Assembly: GCA_016866975.1 (NCBI GenBank)
Contig: VGKP01000001.1
Coordinates: forward strand, 1 to 64,000
Source of the DNA: Candidatus Pacearchaeota archaeon
GTDB taxonomy: Archaea > Nanobdellota > Nanobdellia > Pacearchaeales > GW2011-AR1
Direction of reading: 5' to 3'
DNA length: 64,000 bases
A program made the position numbers and the translations under genes. Under the pieces are notes generated by a model. The model was not told where the DNA came from. It searched no databases and saw only the letters and a program-made list of their open reading frames with translations. This document shows, piece by piece, positions 19,057-28,381 of this stretch (the stretch's first letter is position 1; each line of letters opens with the position of its first letter).

Positions 19057-19398
19057 ATGAAAAATGGGCATAAAATATTGCTTGGAATCGCAGCTGTAGG
19101 AGCAATTGGAACTCTTACGGGAATGATATACAGGATTGATCGAAAAGAAATTGATGGATGGTATAGTCTGACGAACACAATCCCTGAGATGATTGCTCGA
19201 GGAGAGACATCAGAAGCCCGTGAGATTTATGTAGATACTTGGAGAGATATTAACCAGAGAATAAGAGATTCTGGAAGGGACCCTATAAGTTTAATTTCTC
19301 CTAGTGTAATTAAGCGTCTTGAGAAGGATTTCACTTGGGATGTTCTTATGAATAGGGCAAGAGAATATCGCCAGAACGGATTAACTAACGCGCATTAA
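19057..19398 (+). CDS. hypothetical membrane-anchored protein
   Basis: N-terminal hydrophobic helix ILLGIAAVGAIGTLTGMIY. Confidence 0.65.
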   Translation: MKNGHKILLGIAAVGAIGTLTGMIYRIDRKEIDGWYSLTNTIPEMIARGETSEAREIYVDTWRDINQRIRDSGRDPISLISPSVIKRLEKDFTWDVLMNRAREYRQNGLTNAH

Positions 19399-20066
19399 TA
19401 TTTTTTTAGATTTTCTGCAAAAAACGGAAGAAGTTTTGCTTCGGCCTTTCTAAGATGCTCTTGGAATGTTGATATTGATACTCCAAGATGTTTTGATAAT
19501 TTACCCAGGTCTGCTTTTCTGGGCCAAGTATAATAGCCGTGTTGGAGCGCAAGCTGAAATGCTTTCTTTTGCTGTTCAGGAAGTTCGGGAAGGATGCGAG
19601 GGAAATAGAGTTCTCTGAGATCAGTTTTTTGAAGGCTTAGGAGCTCGAAATGACTGAATTTATCTTTTGTTTGTTCTATGGCTTGCATAAGTTTCTCTAG
19701 CTTCTTACGATCCCAAGAGGCGATGTGCCAAGTTTCCTTCCCGTTCTGGATTATTGCAGGTGCAGGATGGTAAAGTGAAGGATCGTAAATAAGGTCGTAG
19801 AAGAGCTCTTCTTCTTTCATCAGGACTATGAGCATATGCCCGTGACTTTCGAATTGTTCTGTTTTTTTGTGTTTCTTGAGAGCTGATGCAAACGCTTCCT
19901 GCTCTTTTTCCTCACCTTGGAGAAGATGGATACCCATAATATGCACTGTGCTTTTGCCAGTCCTGTAGAAGTCTGCAGGATAGAGAAAATCAGTTATCTT
20001 ATACTTTTTCGTCAGCACTGTATATACGCTATCTTTGTTCTCAACCGTAAATTTAAGGGACCACAT
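19395..20066 (-). CDS. bacterio-opsin-activator-type (HTH_10) transcriptional regulator
   Basis: C-terminal LPEQQKKAFQLALQHGYYTWPRKADLGKLSKHLGVSISTFQEHLRKAEAKL. Confidence 0.88.
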   Translation of the reverse strand: MWSLKFTVENKDSVYTVLTKKYKITDFLYPADFYRTGKSTVHIMGIHLLQGEEKEQEAFASALKKHKKTEQFESHGHMLIVLMKEEELFYDLIYDPSLYHPAPAIIQNGKETWHIASWDRKKLEKLMQAIEQTKDKFSHFELLSLQKTDLRELYFPRILPELPEQQKKAFQLALQHGYYTWPRKADLGKLSKHLGVSISTFQEHLRKAEAKLLPFFAENLKKY

Positions 20067-20125
20067 ACGGAAATAGGAATGTATCTAGATTTTTAAATTT
20101 ACCCGTATATATCAGGGATGGAAGA

Positions 20126-20701
20126 TTAACCTTTCAGAGGGAGTTTTACTTCTACGATTGTTTTCTCTTTGTGAAACACTGGTCGGTTGACTCTTAGGAA
20201 ATACCAAAAGTCGTGGCTGAAAATATCTCTAATATGGGGGCGCAGATTTGTTGAAAAGGCCACCGATACTTTTTCTTCCGAACTATTCTTTCTAATTGCA
20301 AATGGCTTATAGGTTAAGTGTCCCTGATAGTGTATATCTCTCTGCCCACTCTCTGCAATTGTTTTTGCAGATTTTTCTCTTAAATCTACCAGATATAATT
20401 CGTGCCATTCATCTCCTCCTGCAGAGCGATAATATCTTACAGGAACTATACAGAGCCTTGAACTACATTCATCAAAGAAAACTTCTCCAAAATAAGGTGT
20501 GATTGAATATTCTCTCTGGTTGCCTCTCCAGTCTTCATCCCCCAACCAGGCTTCATAGCGCGTCTTAACTCCTTTCTCCCTTAGTATTTCGTATGCTCTT
20601 TGCACTCTTGCCTCATTATCTCTTTTATCCTCAAGATATGCTCTTATTTTCTCATATGTCTGAGGGCTTAGTGCCCCAACTATTTTCTCAAGGAAGCTCA
20701 T
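20126..20701 (-). CDS. hypothetical protein
   Basis: 191-aa ORF, ATGA-coupled to the upstream ORF. Confidence 0.65.
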   Translation of the reverse strand: MSFLEKIVGALSPQTYEKIRAYLEDKRDNEARVQRAYEILREKGVKTRYEAWLGDEDWRGNQREYSITPYFGEVFFDECSSRLCIVPVRYYRSAGGDEWHELYLVDLREKSAKTIAESGQRDIHYQGHLTYKPFAIRKNSSEEKVSVAFSTNLRPHIRDIFSHDFWYFLRVNRPVFHKEKTIVEVKLPLKG

Positions 20702-21414
20702 TTTTCTGCTTCCATATATTCAAAATGAACACCAATGTTTTTAATTTCCATACCCCATCCATTATTTTGAGTGAATCTCATTAATGAAAGAACAGGCATT
20801 ACTTTACCAGTTAATAATCCTCTAATTACTCCTCCAGTGTCAATAGTTCTAACTGATTCTATATTTATTCCTCTTTTATCAGATAAATCGTGCAGATATT
20901 GCTGCACATGCTTTGTGGAGTCTATTTCGCCAGTGCAGAAACTAACTATAGCATATTTGACCTCTCTTGCTTCACTTATTACACAATTAATTTCTCCAAG
21001 ATAGTTTTCCATATATGAAAATTCTAAAGGCATTCCCTGCACAATCATTTTCATTCTCGTTTTAGGAGAAAATGCTGCCTCTAATCTAGACTTTCTTTCT
21101 ATCTCTGTATAAAGAACATCGAAGTCTTTCGAGGGAGAACTCATTGTAAGAAGCAATTTCGAAGAGTCGGATATTCTTTCACTTTCAGAAAGATTATACA
21201 TGAGAGCATTATTTCTTGCAAATGAGAGAAGGTTTTTTTCAAGAAGGTCTTCCAGTAAATTTGCTCTTTTATGATTTGGAGCAATTATATGGTATTCTCT
21301 TGTTGAAATAGTTGGTTTCACATCTAATCTGCTTGTGGCTTTGGCTACTTTCGTGTTTGCAGTATCTTCCTGAATATCTCTTCCAGTTTCTTGTGCCAAT
21401 ATTTGTATGTCCAT
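20698..21414 (-). CDS. hypothetical protein
   Basis: 238-aa ORF; no motif recognised. Confidence 0.65.
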   Translation of the reverse strand: MDIQILAQETGRDIQEDTANTKVAKATSRLDVKPTISTREYHIIAPNHKRANLLEDLLEKNLLSFARNNALMYNLSESERISDSSKLLLTMSSPSKDFDVLYTEIERKSRLEAAFSPKTRMKMIVQGMPLEFSYMENYLGEINCVISEAREVKYAIVSFCTGEIDSTKHVQQYLHDLSDKRGINIESVRTIDTGGVIRGLLTGKVMPVLSLMRFTQNNGWGMEIKNIGVHFEYMEAEK

Positions 21415-21468
21415 TAAAAATCACAGAAAGAAAGCTATCTATAGATTTACCCGTATATATCGGGGCAC

Positions 21469-21732
21469 TTATCCATAAACTGCGTCATGATGATCGTAAT
21501 CCAGCAAGCGTATTATTTTTTCATTTTCGTCTATTTCATAGGTCAAAACGAAATTTCTAATATGAACTCTCCGCTGCCCAACCATGTTTGCTGTAAGAGG
21601 TTTTCCTATCTGTGGATTTTCACTTATTTCTCTTATTTTTCTACTTATTATCTCAAACTGAAGTTTATCTTTCTTCGATAATTTATAGATGATTCTTTCT
21701 AAATGGTCTGAAATCTCGATGTTATACGGCAA
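21469..21732 (-). CDS. relE: RelE/ParE-family toxin
   Basis: NPQIGKPL..MVGQRRVHI..FVLTYEI...IIRLLDYDHHD pattern; TTG start. Confidence 0.85.
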   Translation of the reverse strand: MPYNIEISDHLERIIYKLSKKDKLQFEIISRKIREISENPQIGKPLTANMVGQRRVHIRNFVLTYEIDENEKIIRLLDYDHHDAVYG

Positions 21733-21734
21733 CG

Positions 21735-21962
21735 TTATCCATACTTCTCCTTAAACTCTTCATATGTTCCTATCTTGATAAATTTGCCTTTACGAATAGC
21801 ATCAAGCTTTTTGAGATATTCCTCTCTTACTTGCGGCTTTGTTTCTATCTGGGCTTTGATGAATGTATTGACTTGACTGCTCATGCTAATACCATTTTCC
21901 TTACAAAATTGAGCATATTTTTCATATACTTCTTCCTCTACATTAAATGTTTTGAGTACCAT
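21735..21962 (-). CDS. ribbon-helix-helix-type antitoxin
   Basis: MVLKTFNVEEEVYEKY..FCKENGISMS; directly upstream of the RelE-like toxin. Confidence 0.75.
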   Translation of the reverse strand: MVLKTFNVEEEVYEKYAQFCKENGISMSSQVNTFIKAQIETKPQVREEYLKKLDAIRKGKFIKIGTYEEFKEKYG

Positions 21963-21964
21963 GT

Positions 21965-21990
21965 TAAATAATATTATTTAATATTATTTA
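21965..21990. promoter_or_regulatory. candidate TA autoregulatory operator
   Basis: Perfect 16-bp palindrome TAAATAATATTATTTA with a tandem AATATTATTT repeat, immediately upstream of the antitoxin start. Confidence 0.5.
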
Positions 21991-22009
21991 AATCTTTCGA
22001 TGTTAAATG

Positions 22010-22252
22010 TCATCCTTTCAGAACCGCCATTGGCTTCAAACGGGCAACGAGCTGACCGATGCCGAGATCGTCTGAGACACGGGCTACTTCATCAATGTCT
22101 TTGTATGCTTCGGGAGCTTCTTCTACAATGCCTTTTCTGCTTCCTGCTTTTATTGCTACGTTTCTTAAGGCAAGCTGTTTTTCAACATTTTCTGGAGTAA
22201 AGTTCTTTATTGCGTAAGAACGGGAGAGAACGCGGCCTGCGCCATGGGCTGT
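22010..22252 (-). pseudogene. orphan duplicate of the rtcB 3' end (last 80 codons)
   Basis: 243-bp direct repeat of 24262-24504, encoding TAHGAGRVLSRS...KPMAVLKG*; no upstream coding part. Confidence 0.95.
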
Positions 22253-22347
22253 GCTTTATAAGATTATGTGTAAGCGAGTGATGCTTTAACTTCAAATTCA
22301 TTGGAAGTTAAAAAAAGGTTTAAATAGGGAAGGGTATTTGATGGGAT

Positions 22348-23613
22348 ATGAAAAGGCGAGTTGTAGTGGTTATAATTGTGCTGCTTCTGATTGCGGGAGT
22401 TGCAGCAGGGGCGAAGTTTCTTTTCCCGTATGCGCCGAAATTACCGCCTAAGGCAGATGAGAGCAATGCAACTGCAGATGGGATTCAAAAAGTTGTGAAT
22501 GCGAATAATAAGTTTGCGTTTGATTTGTATAATGAATTAGATAAGTCTGAAAAAGGAAATGTTTTTTATTCGCCTTATAGTGTTTCTGCCGCGCTGGCGA
22601 TGGTTGATGAAGGCGCTGTTGGGCAGACTGCTGATGAAATTAATGCTGTTTTTCACTTTCCTTCGCGCGAGGTTTTGAGGCCGAATTTTGCTTCTATTTA
22701 TAATGGGATAAATAATGGAAGCGGGGCTTACGAGCTGAGGACAGGCAATGCGCTTTGGGTGCAGCAGGATTATCCTTTTCTGGATAGTTATAAAACTAAT
22801 GTTGAGAAATATTATGGCGGAAAAGCTGCGCCACTGGATTTTGTGAAGGACACTGAAAATTCTAGGAAGACAATCAACTCATTTATTGAGGAGCAGACAA
22901 ATGGGAAGATTAAGGAGCTGATTCCTTCTGGTGTGCTTAATCCAATGTCCCGGGCTGTTTTGACGAATGCAATATACTTTAAGGGCACATGGGAGTGGGA
23001 ATTTGACAAGTCTCGCACATATGATGATGACTTCAAGCTGGCCGGAGGCAATAGTATTAAGGTTCAGATGATGCATATGAGCCCTGAAAAAGCGAGATTT
23101 AATTATGCTTATCTGGACAATTTGCAGATTCTTGAGTTGCCTTACAAGGATGGGAAGATTTCAATGCTGATATTGCTGCCTAAGGAGAGCTTGGATTCTT
23201 TGGCTGCTAATTTCACGGCTGAGAAGCTTAATGATTATAAGGCTGCGATGAATGAGCAGAGCCTGGATAATATTTATATTCCTAAATTTGAGTTTGACAC
23301 AAAGTATTTCATGAAGGACACTTTGAGTGCGCTGGGCATGCCGACTGCATTTTCAATAAACAATGCTGACTTTTCAGGAATAGCGCAGGCAGAGCAGCTT
23401 TATATCAGCCAGGTAATTCATCAGGCCTATGTGAAGGTTGATGAAAAAGGCACAGAAGCTGCTGCTGCAACTGCTGTGGGCATGGAAGCTATGGCTTCTG
23501 CTCCCAGTGAGAAAAAAATATTCAGGGCAGACCATCCTTTTGTTTTTGTTATACAGAATAAGGAGACAGGGAATATTTTGTTTATGGGAAGGTTCAGCGA
23601 GCCTGCGAAGTAA
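22348..23613 (+). CDS. serpin (serine protease inhibitor) with N-terminal membrane anchor/signal
   Basis: NVFYSPYS, NAIYFKGTW, LELPY, hinge DEKGTEAAAAT and FRADHPF motifs. Confidence 0.95.
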   Translation: MKRRVVVVIIVLLLIAGVAAGAKFLFPYAPKLPPKADESNATADGIQKVVNANNKFAFDLYNELDKSEKGNVFYSPYSVSAALAMVDEGAVGQTADEINAVFHFPSREVLRPNFASIYNGINNGSGAYELRTGNALWVQQDYPFLDSYKTNVEKYYGGKAAPLDFVKDTENSRKTINSFIEEQTNGKIKELIPSGVLNPMSRAVLTNAIYFKGTWEWEFDKSRTYDDDFKLAGGNSIKVQMMHMSPEKARFNYAYLDNLQILELPYKDGKISMLILLPKESLDSLAANFTAEKLNDYKAAMNEQSLDNIYIPKFEFDTKYFMKDTLSALGMPTAFSINNADFSGIAQAEQLYISQVIHQAYVKVDEKGTEAAAATAVGMEAMASAPSEKKIFRADHPFVFVIQNKETGNILFMGRFSEPAK

Positions 23614-23665
23614 TTAGATAATTTATCATAGATATTCTTTTAAATGAAGTATTGTTGTACACAGA

Positions 23666-24232
23666 ATGGCGCCTGAGGGAGAAATCTTCGGAACAGATAG
23701 TCGCGGAAACTATAAAGTACGTACCCCCAGACAGAAAACAGTTGTTCTTACTGGGAGCGTGATGGGACGATTTAAAATAGGGGATCGCGTTAATTATAAG
23801 GTAACCTCTTATGGGGAGCATGTGAATTTTTCAACCGATTATGGGCTTGCAGATGCGCCGAAACCTGAAGGCTCTTTTCAAAGAAGCAGTGCTGCGAGTC
23901 GTCTGGATAATGTCGGTGTTGAGATTGTTCTTTGTGACACTTACACAAACGATGTTTTGTTAGTTGGAAATTGGGACAATCCCTTTTTTGTTGCGCATAC
24001 TGAAAAAGGAAAAATTTGTGGCAGGGATTATGTATTAACCCATACTGCGAGTATTGGAGCGACGATTATAAATGAAGAAAGTTTGGCAAGAAGGTTTGGT
24101 GTTGATGAAAGAAAAGTTCTCGTTGAAGTATTCCCGAGTTGTATAGGAAGAAGTGCTCTGCAGTATGTTTTTTCTGTTCCGCATCATGAGGATAGACAGC
24201 TTTTGGAAAGGGCAATACAACGCCTCAAGTAG
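23666..24232 (+). CDS. hypothetical protein
   Basis: 188-aa ORF co-directional with the serpin inside the rtcB-bracketed segment. Confidence 0.65.
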   Translation: MAPEGEIFGTDSRGNYKVRTPRQKTVVLTGSVMGRFKIGDRVNYKVTSYGEHVNFSTDYGLADAPKPEGSFQRSSAASRLDNVGVEIVLCDTYTNDVLLVGNWDNPFFVAHTEKGKICGRDYVLTHTASIGATIINEESLARRFGVDERKVLVEVFPSCIGRSALQYVFSVPHHEDRQLLERAIQRLK

Positions 24233-24261
24233 CCGCAGGATTGCCTGTTCAGATGGATTGT

Positions 24262-25683
24262 TTATCCTTTCAGAACCGCCATAGGTTTCAAACGGGCAAC
24301 GAGCTGACCGATGCCGAGATCGTCTGAGACACGGGCTACTTCATCAATGTCTTTGTATGCTTCGGGAGCTTCTTCTACAATGCCTTTTCTGCTTCCTGCT
24401 TTAATTGCCACGTTTCTTAAGGCAAGCTGTTTTTCAACATTTTCTGGAGTAAAGTTCTTTATTGCGTAAGAGCGCGAGAGAACTCTGCCTGCTCCGTGGG
24501 CTGTAGAGCCGAAAGAAAGCTCTTCTGCTTTTTTAGTTCCGACTAAAACATAAGAGAATGTGCCCATGCTTCCGGGAATAAAGATGGGACAGCCGATGTT
24601 CCTGTAAATGGAAGGTATTTCTTTTCTCCCTGGGCCAAATGAACGCGTTGCTCCCTTTCTGTGGACGCAGACATCGCACTTCTTACCGTTTATTGTGTGT
24701 TCTTCGAATTTTGCTATATTGTGCGCGATGTCATAAATTAATGAAAGCTGAGATTTTGGAAAGTATTTTGAGAACACTTTTCTTAATTGGTAAGTCATAA
24801 GCTGGCGGTTTACAAAAGCGAAGTTTGCTGCCGCAGCCATTGCTGCTCTGTATTCTTTGCCTAATGGAGAGTTTATTGGAGCACAGATTAATTCTCTATC
24901 AGGGAGATCTTTGAATCCGTATTGCTTTTCCATTTTCATTATGTAGTCTGATGCTGTTTGATGCCCGAGTCCGCGGGATCCAGAGTGAATCATTATTACT
25001 ACCTGCCCTGTTTTAAGGCCGAAAGCTTTTGCTATTTCTTTGTTGAATATCTGCTCTACTTCCTGTATTTCTAAGAAATGGTTTCCTGAACCGAGAGAGC
25101 CGAGCTGGCTTCTTCCTCGTGCTTTTGCTCTGGGTGAGACTTTTGATGCGTCTGCGCCCTGAATACAGCCATTGTCTTCTATTCTTTGCATGTCTTCTTT
25201 TGTCGCATATCCTTTTTCAACTGCCCACTCTACTCCTCTTTCCAAGACTTGATTTAATTCTTTATCTTCTAATGTGAATTCACTTTCTTTTCCTACACCT
25301 GATGGAATGTCTTTTGATAATTGATTAAGAATTTCTTTTCTTTTTGCGAGGAATTCTTCTTTTTGGATGTTTGACGCTAGTATACGGACTCCGCAATTTA
25401 TGTCATATCCTACTCCGCCAGGGGAGATTATACCCTCTTCTAGATCAAAGGCAGCTACCCCTCCAATTGGGAAACCATAGCCTTGGTGCGCGTCTGGCAT
25501 TGCGATTGATTCTCCGACTATTCCCTTAAGGCAGGCGACATTTTTTACCTGCTCGATTGTTTTTCCATCTTTCTTGATGTTTTCCATCAGTTTTTCTGAT
25601 GCAAAGATCTTCCCAGGAACATGCATCTTGCCTTCTTTCTCTATTTGCCAGATATTTTCAGATATTTTCTTTGGATAAGCCAT
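24262..25683 (-). CDS. rtcB: RNA ligase RtcB (tRNA-splicing ligase)
   Basis: MPDAHQGYGFPIGG, GYDINCG, GSGNHFLE, HSGSRG, DIAHN, HRKGAT and HGAGR motifs. Confidence 0.98.
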   Translation of the reverse strand: MAYPKKISENIWQIEKEGKMHVPGKIFASEKLMENIKKDGKTIEQVKNVACLKGIVGESIAMPDAHQGYGFPIGGVAAFDLEEGIISPGGVGYDINCGVRILASNIQKEEFLAKRKEILNQLSKDIPSGVGKESEFTLEDKELNQVLERGVEWAVEKGYATKEDMQRIEDNGCIQGADASKVSPRAKARGRSQLGSLGSGNHFLEIQEVEQIFNKEIAKAFGLKTGQVVIMIHSGSRGLGHQTASDYIMKMEKQYGFKDLPDRELICAPINSPLGKEYRAAMAAAANFAFVNRQLMTYQLRKVFSKYFPKSQLSLIYDIAHNIAKFEEHTINGKKCDVCVHRKGATRSFGPGRKEIPSIYRNIGCPIFIPGSMGTFSYVLVGTKKAEELSFGSTAHGAGRVLSRSYAIKNFTPENVEKQLALRNVAIKAGSRKGIVEEAPEAYKDIDEVARVSDDLGIGQLVARLKPMAVLKG

Positions 25684-25728
25684 ACTTAGAAGAAGGAGAA
25701 GGGGTTTTAATAAGGTGCTGGTTGCTCG

Positions 25729-26424
25729 TTAAACTTCACCTTCAATAGGGTGATAGATACATATCTCATAGTTGGCCCCTGTTATGTGCATAAGTTTTCC
25801 ATTTTTTAGATAAATTATTTTTTTATTAGTTTCAATCCTTGTTTTTTCAGCAATTTTAATAAAATCATAATCTCTTGTTAGAATACAGGGAACTATTCCT
25901 TGACGTTGTATTAAATATGCCAAAGTGTTTACCGAAATGTCTGCTATACTGGGTGGCTTTTGTTTATACTTGTGTGTCAGAAAAACCTCATTGTGATATG
26001 ATTCCCATGCATCTTGATATTGCCTTGAATCCGTATCTATAATTTTCACAAGCCCTACCTGACAGGCACGAGGATCTCTTCCCGTACTTTTTTCCTGAAA
26101 TACTTTTAATGCAGAAGTATATTTATGAATTGCAGAACGTCTTTGCCGAAGATTATCGGCTCTTCCTTCATAAAAACCATTAATATGTGAAATCGTGCCA
26201 ATACCTTCATCTATTTCTTCTCTTACTTCTAATGGTACAACTATTGTTTGGGCCTCATTTAGGAGATTGTTAACTTTAAATACATGTAAAGTCGCGTCAT
26301 TAATTTCATTTAAGATTTGAACATTATATTGTCCAAATACGAAACTGGAGTCTAGGATGAACGCCGTTTTTTTAGGCGGATTAACTACTTTTTCAATGAT
26401 GTCGCTTATAATTGAACTTGTCAC
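25729..26424 (-). CDS. PIN-like domain protein
   Basis: FILDSSF, VREEI, ADISV and ILTRDYDF acidic PIN motifs. Confidence 0.6.
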   Translation of the reverse strand: MTSSIISDIIEKVVNPPKKTAFILDSSFVFGQYNVQILNEINDATLHVFKVNNLLNEAQTIVVPLEVREEIDEGIGTISHINGFYEGRADNLRQRRSAIHKYTSALKVFQEKSTGRDPRACQVGLVKIIDTDSRQYQDAWESYHNEVFLTHKYKQKPPSIADISVNTLAYLIQRQGIVPCILTRDYDFIKIAEKTRIETNKKIIYLKNGKLMHITGANYEICIYHPIEGEV

Positions 26425-26566
26425 GATTTTTTTAAATGAAGGCAGTATTTAAGTTTATTTATTCGTGTAACTTAATAATAGTTACAAAATTTGGAAATAA
26501 GCAAGGAGGTAGAGCAGGGGATGTCGTTTTATGTTTCGATGATGATGGATATGGTGCTGTGGTGAA

Positions 26567-26980
26567 TTAAACATCGAGTACGATGAATGCTTCCCATCCA
26601 TTCTTAGTCTTTTGTATTGACATTTCTGCGTAAGTAGCGGCCTTGATATGGGAAAGATTGTAGTTTTTAGTGTCGTCACCAAATATTTCTGCTTTGAGAT
26701 TGTTGCCTCGGAGCAGGACTTGGGCTTTTGAGGGGATGAAATGTTCTGCATCTATGAGATAGATAAGCTCATCTATAAAGTTGTACATGAGAGAAAGCAT
26801 ATCTGTGCCCTGTACTTCTACAACCTTACCTTTCTTGCTTTTAATAGGGTTACCAGAATTTGTGTAGCTGGCCAAGGCCAGTACTGTGTTCTGAAAAATC
26901 TCGTCAAGAGTTCTGCCTGTAATCCTGACTTTGATATCTGCGGTGTGTTCAAGGAATATAAAAGGCTCTTTATCAGGCAT
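26567..26980 (-). CDS. archease (RtcB cofactor)
   Basis: FLEHTADI N-terminus, IKAATY and LDV C-terminus. Confidence 0.95.
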   Translation of the reverse strand: MPDKEPFIFLEHTADIKVRITGRTLDEIFQNTVLALASYTNSGNPIKSKKGKVVEVQGTDMLSLMYNFIDELIYLIDAEHFIPSKAQVLLRGNNLKAEIFGDDTKNYNLSHIKAATYAEMSIQKTKNGWEAFIVLDV

Positions 26981-27030
26981 AATAAGAAAAGACTAAGCAC
27001 CTTTATAAATTACTTCATCCAATCTTATAT

Positions 27031-27649
27031 ATGAAGTTTCTAGATTTTGCGATATTGATTTTATTCTTTATTGTTGTTGGACTGGGTGCTTTCATAATTT
27101 TCATCATAACTTCAGATAATACTCCATATGAAGGGCTAGGAACGATAAATCAGAATAAGATTCATGGTCAAGATTCTCAAGTTTTTGGAGTAGAGCAATT
27201 TTATCCAAATATAAGGTTTCCAGAGAAGGATGTCTCTTATTCTCTGGATCCTTCCTGTGAGTTCATGCGATCAGGAAATTGATGGATCTATCCTGCAAGA
27301 GATAAACCGCCTATACTCCATACCTTCTGCGCCTGATCTTGTGATCGATAGTGTTAGTGTGAGCAGAGTTGGAAACATGCTTTCATTCCAAGCTAATGTA
27401 AGTAATAGAGGGCTTAAGACTACAAAGTCTGCCAATATTTCCGTTTATAATGAGGGTAAGTTTTTAAGGAGTTTTAGTCTGACTGAATTTCCTTTAATTC
27501 TAGAGACAACAAAAATATTGACTGTAAGAAATCTTGGAGTTCCTAGAGGTTCAGACACCTTTGAGTTTTATGTTGAATCTTTTGATCCAGTCTCTGAGAT
27601 AAGAGTAGATAATAATCGTCTGGAAGTTACTCTCCAGAGAGAAGCATAA
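27031..27649 (+). pseudogene. membrane-anchored matrixin/CARDB-type gene split by a frameshifting internal deletion
   Basis: 5' part (TM, FYPNIRF...SC) and 3' part (CDQEIDGSILQEINRLYS..PDL.I..VSNRG, CARDB-like) lie in different frames and abut at ~27260. No HEXXH domain remains. Family assignment is from memory. Confidence 0.5.
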
Positions 27650-27788
27650 AGGTTAATTCATCAAAAACATAGCGGTTTTTTTGGCTCGAAAAAATCCTTT
27701 GGATTTTTGGAGACCAGAAAAGCATAGCTTTTCTTAGCTTAAAAGTTCAGGTAGGAACTTTTAAATAGAACTTTTTCCTTTGAAGGAG

Positions 27789-28289
27789 ATGGCTGAGAAA
27801 GAAGAGGTAATAAAAGAAAAATTAACTCACTCTGGAGTGTTTAATTTCTCGGAATTCTACAGTTACGCTCATAATTGGCTCAAAGATGAAAATTATGGAG
27901 TTTCTGAGGGCAAATATGCTGAAAAGCTATCTGGAAATGAAAGAAATATCTCTATAGAGTGGACTGTAGTCAAGAAAGTATCTGACTATTTCAAGGTATC
28001 CTGGAAGGTAGAAATGGAGATTGAGAATCTAATTGATGTAGAAGTGGAGATAGACGGAAAGAAGAAAAAGATGAACAAGGGCAAGATATCCTTTGAGATA
28101 AAGGCGGCCTTGTTCAAAGATCCTGATAGTAAGTGGGAAACATCCCCTTTCAACAGGTTTTTGAGGGATATATACAATAAATATATTATACCTAAAAGAC
28201 TTGAAGATATGCAAGGAAGGATTATATCTGATGTGCAAGAGTACAAGGAGACATTGAAGTCATTCCTTGAACTGACTGGAAAACGCTAG
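27789..28289 (+). CDS. conserved hypothetical protein (DPANN-type)
   Basis: 167-aa ORF with GGAG RBS before ATG 27789. Confidence 0.7.
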   Translation: MAEKEEVIKEKLTHSGVFNFSEFYSYAHNWLKDENYGVSEGKYAEKLSGNERNISIEWTVVKKVSDYFKVSWKVEMEIENLIDVEVEIDGKKKKMNKGKISFEIKAALFKDPDSKWETSPFNRFLRDIYNKYIIPKRLEDMQGRIISDVQEYKETLKSFLELTGKR

Positions 28290-28381
28290 GATATTCTACA
28301 TATCAACTTATATTGCCTCTTCGACATTGAAATGTAATTCATCACGCAAATATTTATATATCGGTCGGTGTTTTTTACTGT

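Noticed and set aside
17990-21414. Prophage around the lysozyme
   Set aside because: No integrase, terminase, capsid, tail or holin genes are recognisable, and no att repeats were seen
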